DNA of 64,000 bases from Neocallimastix sp. 'constans' (taxonomy: Eukaryota): NCBI GenBank assembly GCA_050613775.1, contig JBODTK010000156.1, forward strand, positions 186,001 to 250,000, written 5' to 3'. The notes beneath the pieces were generated by a model. The model was not told the DNA's origin. It worked only from the letters and a program-made list of their open reading frames with translations, and ran no database searches. Both the position numbers and the translations under genes were made by a program. This document shows positions 12,093 to 25,751 of the stretch, piece by piece (positions within the stretch are counted from its first letter, which is position 1; each line of letters starts with the position of its first letter).

Positions 12093-15000
12093 AGCAGAAA
12101 ATAACATGCCGAGACAAAACCTCAGTTATTATGTGACTGCCCCATCAACTAAAGCGAAGCTACCAAGTAATATAGTCAGTTGGACAATTGACTCCGGAGC
12201 CACCTATCACATGACAAATGCATTATCAAGTTTAATAGATAAGATAAGGTGTGAAGAAATAATCCAATTCGCTGACGGAGGTACAGTTACTGCTACGTAC
12301 AAAGGTACGTACGTAGGCTATATTAACAATAATGAAATTACATTACGAAATGTATTATATATCCCTAAATTCAAAAGAAGTTTGTTGTCAATAGACAACT
12401 TAAGTGAAGAAGGTTATAAAACAATATTTTACAATTTTAATAATAAAAATTTAGTTACCATTTACAACAAAGAAGGCAAAAGGATATTTACTACCAAATC
12501 TAATAAATCCAAAATATATAAAGTATGGACTTTCAAAAATAAAATAGAATATAATAGGGACAACAACAAAAAGACTATTACATGTGACAATATTATAAAA
12601 GCTTTTAACACAGAAAACATGGAGCTATGGCACCGCCGTCTTGGCCACTTTTATATAGATAACATTAAGGAAAAATTAAATAATATAAACATACAAAATA
12701 AATGTATAATATGTGCGTCCAAGATGAGAAATAAACCTTATAACAAAGCAAGAAACAAGTCAAAAGAGCCGTTTGAACTTATACATATGGATACAGTGTC
12801 ATCCCTAGATAGCTCCATATATGGAAATAAATATTTCTTAAGTATATTAGATGATTATACCAGGTACGGATGGGTCTTTTTTATGAACTCAAAAGCCGAA
12901 GTGTTCAATATTTTCAGAAAATGGTATAAGAAAGTCACCAACATTTTCAACAAAAATATTAAATATATACGAACCGACAATGGTACTGAGTTTACAAATA
13001 ATAACTTTAGGAAATTTTGTGAAGAGAATGGTATTGAACAACAATTTTCAATACCTTACAACCCACAGCAAAACGGAAGAGCCGAACGTTTTCAAGAAAC
13101 TCTCATTTATAACGCCACCGCCATGCTCAAAGACGGTAAGCTAAATCATAAATATTGGGAAGATGCTGTAAGGACAGCAAATTACATTCATAATAGGTTA
13201 CCACATAATGGTAACAACAACAAAGTGCCTTTTGAGGAATTATATCAAGAAAAGGTCGATTATGAAAAGTTTAGAGTATTTGGTTGCCAAGTTTACTTTT
13301 ATATCCCAAAACAATTTAAGCGAAAATTCAACGGAACCTCCCTTCCTGGAATATTTTTAGGATATGATGATAAAAATCCAACAGCCTACATAATATATGA
13401 TACTACAAATAATAAAATAGTCCTTTCAAGGGCAGTTGAATTCTTCGAAGATATCCCTGGTAATATTTCCGCACCTTCTACAAGACCAGAAATATATAAC
13501 TTTGAGGTTAATATGGAAGAATACGATGAAAATAACAAAAGTACAGTATTACTCCAAGACTATAATAACAAAAATAAGGAACATGAAAATAAAGAGACAA
13601 CAGAAAATAGAGAAGAAAATAAAAATAATATAATTAATTACAATTTAAATACAAATAATAACAATATAAATAATAATGATAATTTAAATAATTTAAATAA
13701 TAATTATTTAGAAAATAATAATTTAAATAACAATAATAATATAAATAATAATTATCCAAATGATAATAATTTAAATAAATATAATTTTAATAAAAATTAT
13801 TTAAATGATAATAATATTAATTTTACTTATAGTCCTAATCCAAATAAAAATTTTCCCCAATCAACCAATATAATTGACCCATATAAAAATTATAATAATT
13901 ATAATATTTTACCTTTAAATAATTTAAATAGTAATATAATAACACCAAAGTGGGTGTTCAGATACAAATATAATTCAGACAATAGTATAAATAAAAGAAA
14001 AGCAAGACTGGTAGCCAGAGGTTTTACACAAAAACAAGGCATTGATTATAATGAGACGTTCTCACCCACATTGAAACAGGACTCTTTGAGAATAGCAACT
14101 GCTATTGCATCAGCCAATAACTTTAATATATATCAAATTGATATAAAATCAGCCTATCTAAACGCTACACTAAACGAAGATGTTTATATGGAAATTCCAG
14201 AAGGTGCTGAAGATTATAAAAATGGCTATTGGAAACTAAATAAAGCCTTGTACGGTTTGAAACAGTCTGGTCGTTTGTGGAACGAGACTTTAAATGAAAA
14301 ACTTATAAATATTGGTTTTAATAGACTTCGAAGTGAACCATGCATTTACGTTAAAATGAATGATCGGAATAAAATTATTTGTCTTCTTACAGTTTATGTA
14401 GATGATATATTATTAACAGGTAATGAACATGAAGTTTATAAAACAAAACATTTACTAAAAAATTATTTTAACATAACTGATATAGGTCCTGTGGATACAA
14501 TCATTGGCGTTAAATTTATAAAAGAAAAGGACGGCTATCTATTGCAACAACATAAATATCTAGAGAATATATTAAGAAAATTTGATATAGATAAGTATAA
14601 AATATCTTCAAATATGATACCAGAAGAAAATGAAGAATTAAGAAAAAGAAAATTCAATATCACGAAATACCAACAAGCTATAGGTAGTTTATTATATCTC
14701 GCGATATGTACTAGACCGGATATCTTATTTCCTGTGAATAAAGCTTCCAGAAAAGCCAAAGATCCAAATTATGAAGATTGGTATAATGTCATCAAAATAT
14801 TTAGATACCTCAAGGGAAAACCTAATTATGGTTTAAGGTATTCAGGAAACTTAAAATTAAATGTTTATGTAGATGCAGATTACGGAGGAGATGTAGAGTC
14901 TAGAAAATCTACTACGGGTTATATAATTAAAATAGGTTCAGGACCTACCTCATGGTATTCAAAATTACAACACTGTGTATCTGTATCTTCTGCCGAAAGT

Positions 15001-15318
15001 GAATATTATGGAATAAATGAATGCGCTAGACATTGCTTGTGGTATGAAAATGTATTAAATGAATTAAAATTAAATTGTAATTGTATAACAATAAATGTAG
15101 ATAATAAAGCTGCCATTTATAATTGCGAAAATGAAACTATTAACCCAAGATCTAGACACATAGACATAAAATATCACCACACAAGAGATCTTATTAAAGA
15201 AAATAAAATAAAACTAAAATATATAAAGTCTGAAGATAATCTAGCCGATGGTTTTACAAAGTATCTCAATACATATCTATTAAATAAATTTAGAGATTCT
15301 ATTATGGTGAAGTGTTAG
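12040..15318 (+). CDS. pol: Pol polyprotein of element A (protease, integrase, RT, RNase H), in the +1 frame relative to gag; RT N-terminus deleted
   Basis: Protease WTIDSGAT; WHRRLGH; integrase HMD / RTDNG / NGRAER; RT KARLVARGF, LYGLKQSG, YVDD; RNase H DADYGGD..RKSTTG, NLADGFTK. Confidence 0.92.
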   Translation: MKISNPHTPFDRGVDATKAENNMPRQNLSYYVTAPSTKAKLPSNIVSWTIDSGATYHMTNALSSLIDKIRCEEIIQFADGGTVTATYKGTYVGYINNNEITLRNVLYIPKFKRSLLSIDNLSEEGYKTIFYNFNNKNLVTIYNKEGKRIFTTKSNKSKIYKVWTFKNKIEYNRDNNKKTITCDNIIKAFNTENMELWHRRLGHFYIDNIKEKLNNINIQNKCIICASKMRNKPYNKARNKSKEPFELIHMDTVSSLDSSIYGNKYFLSILDDYTRYGWVFFMNSKAEVFNIFRKWYKKVTNIFNKNIKYIRTDNGTEFTNNNFRKFCEENGIEQQFSIPYNPQQNGRAERFQETLIYNATAMLKDGKLNHKYWEDAVRTANYIHNRLPHNGNNNKVPFEELYQEKVDYEKFRVFGCQVYFYIPKQFKRKFNGTSLPGIFLGYDDKNPTAYIIYDTTNNKIVLSRAVEFFEDIPGNISAPSTRPEIYNFEVNMEEYDENNKSTVLLQDYNNKNKEHENKETTENREENKNNIINYNLNTNNNNINNNDNLNNLNNNYLENNNLNNNNNINNNYPNDNNLNKYNFNKNYLNDNNINFTYSPNPNKNFPQSTNIIDPYKNYNNYNILPLNNLNSNIITPKWVFRYKYNSDNSINKRKARLVARGFTQKQGIDYNETFSPTLKQDSLRIATAIASANNFNIYQIDIKSAYLNATLNEDVYMEIPEGAEDYKNGYWKLNKALYGLKQSGRLWNETLNEKLINIGFNRLRSEPCIYVKMNDRNKIICLLTVYVDDILLTGNEHEVYKTKHLLKNYFNITDIGPVDTIIGVKFIKEKDGYLLQQHKYLENILRKFDIDKYKISSNMIPEENEELRKRKFNITKYQQAIGSLLYLAICTRPDILFPVNKASRKAKDPNYEDWYNVIKIFRYLKGKPNYGLRYSGNLKLNVYVDADYGGDVESRKSTTGYIIKIGSGPTSWYSKLQHCVSVSSAESEYYGINECARHCLWYENVLNELKLNCNCITINVDNKAAIYNCENETINPRSRHIDIKYHHTRDLIKENKIKLKYIKSEDNLADGFTKYLNTYLLNKFRDSIMVKC

Positions 15319-15333
15319 TCACAATTGAACTTT

Positions 15334-15341
15334 AGGAGGAG
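15334..15341 (+). promoter_or_regulatory. Polypurine tract of element A
   Basis: aggaggag immediately before the 3' LTR. Confidence 0.85.
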
Positions 15342-15586
15342 TGTTAAAAATAAAGTTCAAATAGTATAGTAATTTATATTATATATATTTAAATCTTTAT
15401 GTATGTATGTATGTATGTGGCTTAATACATATAATATTAATATGAAGATATTGTGTAATTGATGTAGTAAAAAACTAATACATGTAATTAGTATAAAATA
15501 AAATAATAATTTAATAATTAAATAAAATAGAACTTAAATAAATAAAAAATAAAAAATAAAATAAAATAAAAAATAAAAAAACAAAA
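15342..15586 (+). repeat. 3' LTR of element A
   Basis: Matches the 5' LTR except atttaaatct versus atttaattct. Confidence 0.95.
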
Positions 15587-16629
15587 TATATCCACCATAA
15601 TGAATATAAATTTCTCTATATAAATAATTAAAAAACTTTAAATATATATAATCTTAAAAGCCGTCAAAAGTTACAAAGGAGTATTCAATTCATTATAATG
15701 GAAAGAAAATTTTAAGAGCTTATTGTGATACAGATTTCGTTGGTGATGAAATTAAAAGAAGATCTACTTCTTCATTTGCTGATTCGACTACGCTCACTCT
15801 CGGGTGATCTCGAACTCTACGCAGTCGCAAGCTTTATGCTCACTCCCCTTCTTTCGCTTCATCTCATTTAATAGCTCATTTGTTTCATTCAATATTTTCT
15901 GTTTTTTGAATACTTAAAACCATATGCAATTTATACCAAATATATGCTAAAAATACTATATATAAAAATCACGTGATATGATTAATTATATTAATTATTT
16001 TTATATTATTTTTATATTTAAATCATATGATTTTTAGCATATATTTATACACCCTTTTTTATATTTATTAATAAACGTTCTAGAAATTATATATATATAT
16101 ATATAAACAATAGGGTTTTATGATATATTTATATATTTTTGTATTGGGAAATAGTCCAATATCATAGAAATCAATTACTCAGAGCCTTATCAACCACAAA
16201 ATCCGAATACTCAAGCTTAATAGAATGTACCAAGCAAGCTAAATGGATAAGAAGATTATAAATGAAATATTCAACAAAAATATTAGAATTAATATTAGAA
16301 TAGATAACAAACCCATGTAAGGATATAGCTGAAAATGAAAACCAAAAGGGACGATGCAAATATATGGATATAAAATACAAATATATTCAAGATGAAATTA
16401 TATAAAATGAAATTAAATTAATATTCATTGGTTCTAACTCAATGATCAATGATGGCATGGCAGATCCATTACCTGAAAGTATTTCTGGACCCAAGCTTAA
16501 ATGTTACCAATAATGTTAGATTATTATAGAAAAATAATTATAAATAATGTATAAATAATGACATATTCATAAAGAAGGTCTTTCCTAATGTAAAAAGCAA
16601 TAAAATAAATAAATAAACACATAATAAAA

Positions 16630-16815
16630 CATAAATATTATTTCAAACATATATTTAAAATAATAATAAAATAATATTTAAAAACATTTAAACATATATT
16701 TAAAATAATAAGAAAATAATATTTAAAAATATTTAAACATATATTTAGAATAATAATAAAATAATATTTAAAAATATTTAAACATATATTTAAAATAATA
16801 ATAAAATAATAATAT
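16630..16815. repeat. ~42-bp tandem repeat, about 4 copies
   Basis: aaacatatatttaaaataataataaaataatatttaaaaa recurs. Confidence 0.8.
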
Positions 16816-18761
16816 TTAATTTTAAAGGTTATTAAAAATAATAGAGAAATAATATAAAATAATATAAAAATAATATAAAAATAATATAAAAAATATTCTA
16901 TAGAAGATTTTTTTATAAATTAATTCTTTTATTTAATTATTAATAATTCATTATTATTTTTTAAAAAAAGTTAAAATATTAATAATAATTCATATAGTTA
17001 ATTGTCATATAAAAAAGGTTATCTATTAATTAAATTTTAAAAATATTTTTAGAAAACTTTAAGTTAAATGGCTTATGTATTTATTTTTTAAAGTCCACTC
17101 ATTCATTGTAATTTATTATAATCAATATTTTAAACTTTCTATATATATATAAAAAAATAGAATAATAGAAATAAAAATAAAAGTCTAATTTAAAGTTTAA
17201 ATATTATTTATTATTATAAATTATTATTAATAAAATATTATTTAATTTAAATTTTTGATATTTAAAATATCAGATAAAATTTCTGCTAATTTAACTTCAA
17301 CTCATTCCCGATGGCGAATATAATCAAATATCAAATATCAATATTAAAAAATTATAAATTATAAATTTGTGTTTTTATTAATTTTTTATTACAAATGAAT
17401 TTGTTCATTAATTAGTTAACAGCAAATTTATTAGAAATAATTAGTAATAAAATTCATATAAAATATATAGATGTTTTTTATATGAATTTTATTACTGATA
17501 TCTATCATAACCCTTGCAGATTTAATAAAAAAATTAACATTACATTAATATAAACAAAAAAAAATAGTATTAAAATAATATCAAAATGTAATAATGTATC
17601 ATTTCAATTTAATGTAATGTAATGTATTTATTGGTATTAAATGAAAAATATTCATCATTTATTAAATAAATAAGATTAAATAAGATTAAATAGGAAGGAA
17701 AAGTTTATTTAATGAATAAATAATTAAATAGTTTAAAAAAATATGTACATTATTATGGTTTAAAAAATATCATTTCGTTTTTAAAAAAAATATGTACATT
17801 ATTATGGTTTAAAAAATATTGTTTCGCTTTTAATACAACATTTAACTTTTATTAACCTTTTTAGTTATTTATCATATGAGCCTAACTTATAATTACTATA
17901 ATTTTCACATAAAAATAATTTTATTATTAAAAGAATTAACAATTTCTCTTTTTTATTCTAATAATATTTTATAATATACTTTTTAAAAAGGACTTTTTAA
18001 AATATTTAAAGTTTAAATATTTTAAAAATATTATAAAATAGCTATTTTAATATACTTTTTAGCCTTTTTTAAATATTCATTTAATAGAATTTATATAGAA
18101 CAAAAATTAGACAATATAAAAATATTAAATACAATATTAAAAAATGTAATACATATGAAACACATGACATATTACTAATATTTTATCACTACTAATATTT
18201 CACTTTAATTTGTTCAAATATTGTCCATTATTACATAAGATGAAATTTTGATACATTCAATTATAGTATATTGTAGTATATTCTAGTATATAAAAATACA
18301 TTTAATGATTCATTTTTTCTCAGTATATTAAAAATTATCATTTATTTTAAATACCTTAACAATATATTATAATACTATTTTAATATATCTCATAATAGAA
18401 TTTTATGGTCATATGAATTACAAAAATTGAATTTATATTAAATTAATATATTGAATCATTTTTAAAATCTGTTAAATTATTATAATAGAATAAAAAAATT
18501 TTTATTAAATAAAGTTAGATTTTTTTTATTTAATACATGTATTTAATATATCACTTTATATTATTATAATATTAATAATATATTTTTTGCATTTCCTATC
18601 AATTTATTTTTGATGCATTTAATATGTAAATTTATAACAATTAATAATTTTAATATAAATTATATATATTGTTACTATTTTGGAATATATATTATATATT
18701 AATCAAAATTTGGGTTTTCTTATGGACTGTTCTATAATTATAATTAATTTACTTTTTTTTC

Positions 18762-18793
<32 letters not shown>

Positions 18794-19646
18794 CGTTTTT
18801 TTTCTACTAATAAATAAATTAAATTTTAATTATTAATGAAATAAATATATATTGATTCATAATTTGTAAATTATAAAAAAAAGTATAAAAACAGAAATAA
18901 ATTCCTTATTTTTATTACAAAAATTAAATATTAGCTATTTAAATTTTTATTATTTTTTTTAAGGTTTGAGAAAGTTTAAAAAATGGGAAGATAAATTTTA
19001 AAAGTAAATTTTAAAATTTTTTGAAATTCGGGATTGAAGCGAAAAAGAGATAATAAGAGAAATCGTTATCTTGCTTAATTTACAGAGCTCAGAATCTAGA
19101 ATTTAATAAATTCATATTATAAAGAAAGAACAATTTAAAAGAAAATGAAGGAAGCGAAACGTTAAAAGAGAAAAAAATTAAAAAAAATTAAAAAAAAAAA
19201 AAATAGAAAATTATAAAAAATTAAAAAAAAATATTAAAAAAATTAAAAAAAAAAGAAAATTTTAAACGTTTCGATATTAAATTTCTATGATGAAGAGTTC
19301 TGTAAATAAATGATGTTTTGAGATTATTATCAGTAATTTAGAAAGAAGGTTTTATATTGAAATTTTATTTCCCAAAATGAAATGGTCATGCTGTTGTAAT
19401 TTTTTACAATTAATATGATAACTATTTTACGTTTTTACAATTAATGATGTCTTATGAGATTAAAACATTACAAAAATGAATATATTGAACTATATAACGT
19501 TTTGACAATTAATATAAATTTTTTTCAAATAATATGAGATTGATATTTTATTACAAGATATTAAATTATAGAACTGTTTTAAGTATTATCAAAATTATGT
19601 TCATTAATTATTGATTAAGCATTTAAAAAATGAACTTTAATGAAAC

Positions 19647-19825
19647 ATTTACTTGTTGATAAATGATATTTAGAATTTACAATAATCTTTTAAAGTATCA
19701 TTATGAAAATTTATATAATCAATTATTTTTAAAGTTTTACTTGTTGATAAATGATATTTAGAATTTACAATAATCTTTTAAAATATCATTATGAAAATTT
19801 ATATAATCAATTATTTTTAAAGTTT
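19647..19825. repeat. ~89-bp tandem duplication
   Basis: tttacttgttgataaatgatatttagaatttacaataatc... occurs twice. Confidence 0.85.
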
Positions 19826-20029
19826 TGATAATTAATCTTTAAAGCTATAAGAAATTATTTATAATTAAGATTTCAATGATGTTTATATTTTCAATGTGAA
19901 GTAATATCGATATTCATAATAAGTTTCATTTTATAAATTAAGTGTAAAATTTGATTTTTAGAATAAAGTGTTATTTGTGTTTTTATTAATTATTTGAAAA
20001 ATAATAAAATTAAAAAATGATTATTATAG

Positions 20030-21490
20030 AATGAATATAAAAGCATATTAAAAACATTGAAAAAGGTAAGAGTTATAATTATAAAATTAAAATATTTATA
20101 TAATTACTAAAATATATATTTTTATATATTAGAATTTATAAATTGTAAATAAAATAGATACATGTAAATTCGTAAATTCTAAAAATTAAACAAAAATTCA
20201 TGTAAAAAGTATAAAAATCATGTAATTACTGATATGTAAAGAATATTTTATTACAAAGGCCGCCTGGTAAAAACGGAAAGAAGATATGAAACAATGAAAG
20301 TAAGTGGTAAAAATATAATTTAATAAAACGTATAAATAATTTATATTCATTTAATATTTATTTGATATGTTATTAGTAGGTGAAAGATTTTTGAAATTAC
20401 CTGATCCGTTTTGACAAAAAAATTGAAATTGTCATCTCTTGAAGAAATGATGATCTATATGAATACCAATATGAATACCAATAAGAATTGTCACATTTTT
20501 GGAAACAGAAATTTGGATTATTCAATTTTCAACAAAACTATTTATTTTATTAATAATATTTTTAATTATAATGCAGCTACAAAAAGATTTAAAAGTAATT
20601 AATATTTATCCATTATCCATTATTAAATAGATAAGGAACTTTTTGAATGTCACGATCCGCGAAAGCTGTTGTTGAAAATGAAATTATAAATGGTCAATAA
20701 TATTTTCTTATTTGAAAATGAAGTTTTAACTCGAAAATGTTATTTCAATTGAGATGGTCAATATAAGGAAATCTCTTTAAAAAGAAAATTTGGATTAATT
20801 AAAACAGAAAAAAATTTATTTTATAAATTATAATTTTATGTAAAATTCAACATCTTAAAGTATTTAAAAATATTTTTATATGTTTAGTTTAAGTTTATGC
20901 CAGATGGAATCAATAAATCTACTGAAGGGTCCCAGGAGTTAGCATATATTTTTTGTAATTCTAGTTAGAAATATGAGGTCTCGTCTTCCAAGAAAAGGAA
21001 ACTGTGAAGTGAACTATAAATATAAATTTTGAAAGAAACATAATATGTATGTTGTATTGTAGATTATAAATCATTTAGAATGCCTGTGTTTTTTTGATTC
21101 TAGTCCATGAAAAATATTATATGAAAAGACAAGGGAAAGATGCGGTTGTAAATAATAATTTTCCTGAAAAATTTGTTTTATACTTGTATATATGTAATGT
21201 CTTATAATAAATTAGAAAATCTACCATGCTTTATCAAATTGAAGAATCCATTTTGAAAGAGAAGGAATGATTGAACAAAAAGAAAGGTGAGTTATGAGTA
21301 ATAAATCTCTGTATTTAATATTAAATGTACTAATGTTTATTTAATTTTAAGATAGATTAGACTGGTTCGCCCATATTCGTTTTTGAATGATTGTTATTTA
21401 TATTAAATTAATTGTTAATAATAATACAAATTATTCTTATTTGGATTTAATTTAATTTATTTTTTTATTAATTATTTGTAGGTAAGTATT
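20030..21490 (+). pseudogene. Decayed intron-containing coding relic, possibly a transposon-borne Ulp1-like peptidase
   Basis: GC is raised relative to flanks, and there are several gtaag/gtgag...tag intron-like units. Fragmentary H...IVDY...FFDS...RQ..CG near 21035-21150. No intact ORF. Confidence 0.25.
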
Positions 21491-22984
21491 TTTTTAGAAA
21501 GTATTAATTGGAAACTGAAATTATTATATATATATTATATATATATAAATTTGTCTTCCATGTCAATTTAATTATGAGAAGTTCAATTAAGAATTTTGAA
21601 GGAACTTTAAATCTTAAATTCCATGTATTAAAATAAACCGTTTGAAGGTTTAAAATTATTTTAATAATATTATTTAAAAAGATATAAATTTTAATACTAT
21701 AAGTATTTATAGGAAATAGAAAAAGAATAGTTAGGTTAATAATTATATTAAAGAAATATATGAATGTAATATTAGTAAAAAATAATGCATTAGAAATAGA
21801 AATAGTTAGAAAAAGAATAGAAATTCATTAGATAATAAATACATTTAAAGTATTTATTGAATGGGGATGGTGGTGGGATAGAATAGGTTAAGAATATAAT
21901 TTTTTTAAAAAGTAATTGAAATATAATTTCAACGTGAAGTTTATTTTTAAATATATAAATAATTGATAATAATATGACATAAAATGTATGGTAAACAGAA
22001 CAATATTTGTAATTTTTGAAGAAAATTAACCAAAAAATAATAAAAGTTTTCAAAAATATGGCCTTCTCTAAATGATTTTTATTATATAGAACATTAAATA
22101 AGACAAAGTAAAATAAGAGAAAATAAAAAAGATTAATATAATAAAGTTTCGAAGTGTAAAGAAAATTGTTTATAATGAAAAGTTAAGGAAACATATAAAA
22201 ATAGCTATAATAAAATATTTAAATATTTAATATCAAGAATTTCAGTTCGTGAAATTAAATATTAAATATTTCCAGTAAAATAATAAATTGTGTCTTTAGA
22301 ATAATATATATATTAATTTAAATAATTAAAAAAATATATATATTAAAAATAAAAAAAAAAAATAAAAATTTATTATTTATGGAGAATAGAATATACAAGA
22401 GGGAATTACAGTAACGGATTCAAAATTAATGGATAGAAGTAAATAAAGTGTAGTGGAAATGAGAATTAAGAGAAATTTTATTCTTTGTTTTAAAATAAAT
22501 TTATTTAAAATAAATTAAAATCTGTCATTATATCAAAATGAATAAACCAATATAAAAGAAATCCGAAAAACATTAATATATAGAAAGAAAATAAGAAAAT
22601 TTTATTTTCAAATAGTCTCCTTTAATTAAGAAAATTTAATACTGTATAATGAATTTTCTAATAGGACATTGTAAATTTTACGACAAAGAAAAAGATTTAA
22701 TCTAATAAATATTTTTATTTTAGTTTTTAGTAATTTTTTTTAATAATTCAGTAAAAGTAATTATAAACTAAGAAACGAATGTACAATGAAAATTGAAGAA
22801 TTAAATAAATATATATATAATGTATATTTATATTATTGTAAACTCGTAAACAATTAGTGACAATAAATTATGAAATGATTTCAGAAAAATAAAGTCATAA
22901 AAAAATAAAAGAATTAGTTTCTTTTTTTTTATTTTTTATTTTTATTATTTTTTTTTATCATTTTATTCAATTTTTTAATATTGT

Positions 22985-23810
22985 TAAAATAAGAGTTTTA
23001 AAACTTTATAGTAATATATTAATATTATAATTAGTTTTAATTAAAACTTTAAACAGACCATTTTTATATCTATAAAATAGAAAATGTTAATATAAGAGTT
23101 TTAAAACTTTATAGTAACATTTGAATATTATAATTAAAACGAGTTATAATTAATTAAAACATTAAACAGAACATGTTTCTATCTATAAAATAGTAAATAA
23201 TAATTCTTTGATAAACATTTAATGCGAATTATTAATTAATTAAAACATTAAACAGAACATGTTTCTATCTATAAAATAGTAAATAATGATTCTTTGATAA
23301 ATATTTAATGCGAATTATTAAAAGTATTGTTTATATTTAACAAGTAATAAATAATTAATTCATTAAACAAAGCATAGTTATATAATTTTTCAACAAGTAA
23401 AAAGTAATGGAAGTAAGATATCGAAAGAAAGTATAGATTAATGTTTATATTTATAGAATAGTAAATAATATTTCTACGATTTAGCATTCAATACAAAATA
23501 CAATAATAAAGAGTAATATTAATATTTAATAAGTAAAAAATAATTAATTCATTAAAGCATAGTTATATAAAGCGGTAAATGATTTTTTAACAAGTAAACC
23601 AGTACAATAAAAAAGAGTAATATTAATATTTAATAAGCAATAAATAATTAATTCATTAAAGCATAGTTATATAAAGCGGTAAAAGAATTTTTAACAAGTA
23701 ACCAGTACAATAATAAAGACTAATATAAATATTTAATAAGCAATAAATAATTAATTCATTAAACAAAGCATAATATTATATAAAGCGGTAAATAATGTTT
23801 AAACAAGTAA
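22985..23810. repeat. Cluster of degenerate tandem duplications (~78 bp and ~105 bp units)
   Basis: aaacattaaacagaacatgtttctatctataaaatag occurs twice; attcattaaagcatagttatataaagcggtaaa-like sequence occurs three times. Confidence 0.8.
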
Positions 23811-25751
23811 TCAATAAATCAATAAATAATTAGTATATTTAAATTATAGAGACAATTTTATAGCAATAATGTATAAAATATTTAGAACAGCAAATTAGAG
23901 CTTAAATTTTCATAAATAGCATAATGTAAACTAGTATAATAGATTATAGAAATGGGTAATATTACAACAGTATAAATAGAATAAACTAAATAAAATGAAC
24001 AAGAGAAATTATATATATATATATCAAATGTTTAAATGCTTATATAAAAAAGAGTATAATAAATAATAGAAGATATTTAAATAAATGAACATAATTATGT
24101 ATAATGTAAGTAATGTTTTAACGCGAAAGCAATAATGAGAGTAAGATATCAGTAGTATAAATAAACAAGGAAAGTAATATATTAGTATATAATTAACTAA
24201 TAAATAATTAGTATATGTAGATTAATAGGGACAGTTGTATTTATAAATAATGTATAGATTATTAAAAATAACTAGAATAATTCAAAAATTTCAATATGTA
24301 TAATGCTAGTATAATAGATAATAAATGTAATATTTTAACAGTATAGATAAAATGAACAAGAGAAATTATATATAAATCTCAAATGATATAAACAGTATAA
24401 CAAAAGAAATTATATATCTCAAATGATAATATATAATAATCATTAATAATATTTCAGAAATATGAAATAAAACAAGAGAAATTACATTTATTAATTGTAT
24501 ATGTAAAATTATAATAAATTAGTATTTAATATTTATAGACCAGTTATGAAGAGTACTTTCCAGTTAATAGATATTATAAATTTTAATAATAAAATTATTA
24601 CTTTAATTAAAACTAAGATTAAATTCGAAATAACAATATATTATATTTATAACCAAAACAAAAAAATCATTAATAAAGTAATATTATTTAAGTAATAACA
24701 AATTATTACAAAGAAAATCATTAATAGAGTAATATTATTTAAATAATTAAATTTTATATTCAATTAAAAATAAATCAGAATACTTTAAATAATTAAATAA
24801 TTAAATTTTACATTTAATAAAGCAACTAATACAACAACCGATAATACAATTTTATAAAGCTTTGTGTTCTTATTAATGATAATTAAATATGAATTTGATT
24901 ATATTATACAAAAATAATTTTATATGTAATAATTATGTAATTATTATCGAAATAATATTATTATCATAAACAATAAAAAAGATAAACTGAAATTAGTATT
25001 ACCACAAATATCTAATTAGTAAAAATAATTCAAAATACTTTAAATTATTAAAGTAGAATAGAACAAATACTATAGTTGTAAACTTTAAATTATTAAAACA
25101 GAATAAACAAATACTATGTATATATATATATAAATATATATAAATATATATAATATTATAAGAAATAATAGAATAGTACGCATAACTTATTATAGGTAAT
25201 AATAGAATTAAGCATATAATTATATTAGTATTATAATAAGGTAATAGAATAAAACAGATACGATTAGTATTATCATAGAATTAAGCACATACCAAACCCG
25301 AGTTTATTATAGGTAATAGTAGAACAAAATATACATTAGGTAGTATTAATATAAAAATAAGAAATAAAAGAATTAAGCGTGGACTTTTGATGCTTTAGGT
25401 AATAATAAAATAGAGCATATATTTAAAAAAGTAGATATAGATTAAAAGTAATGAAGTAATATGTTATGTTAGATTAACAATTATAAAATAATAAATAGAA
25501 GGAAAAAGTAGTTCATGAGGTAAATTAATATATAACAATGCAAGAATAATAAAAGAAAAGTAATGATAATAATAAAAGAAAAATGTATAAGGTAATGACA
25601 TAAGAAATATAACAAATATAAAAAATTATAAATTATTCATCACTACTCATTTATACATACTCATTTGTACTGCATAAAATGCGTTGTGTCATATTGCATA
25701 TAAAGTTATATATCCACTTATACATTCACTGTAATATAATTAGGAGAGTAA

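Larger units (their letters stand above)
10776..15586 (+). mobile_element. Young full-length Ty1/copia LTR retrotransposon (element A), coding-defective
   Basis: Two 245-bp LTRs with one visible mismatch. 5-bp TSD tatat (10771-10775 and 15587-15591). PBS and PPT present. Domain order gag-PR-IN-RT-RH. Confidence 0.97.
10660..16500 (+). mobile_element. Old decayed copia RT/RNase H relic, interrupted by the young copia element and a second ~360-bp insertion
   Basis: HYNGKKILRAYCDTDFVGDEIKRRSTS at ~15690-15771. It resumes at ~16130 with YIFVLGNSPIS*KS..ALSTTKSEYSSLIECTKQAKWIRRL..DNKPCKDIAENE..KYMDIKY..ADPL, with stops and frameshifts. The left boundary is uncertain. Confidence 0.7.
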
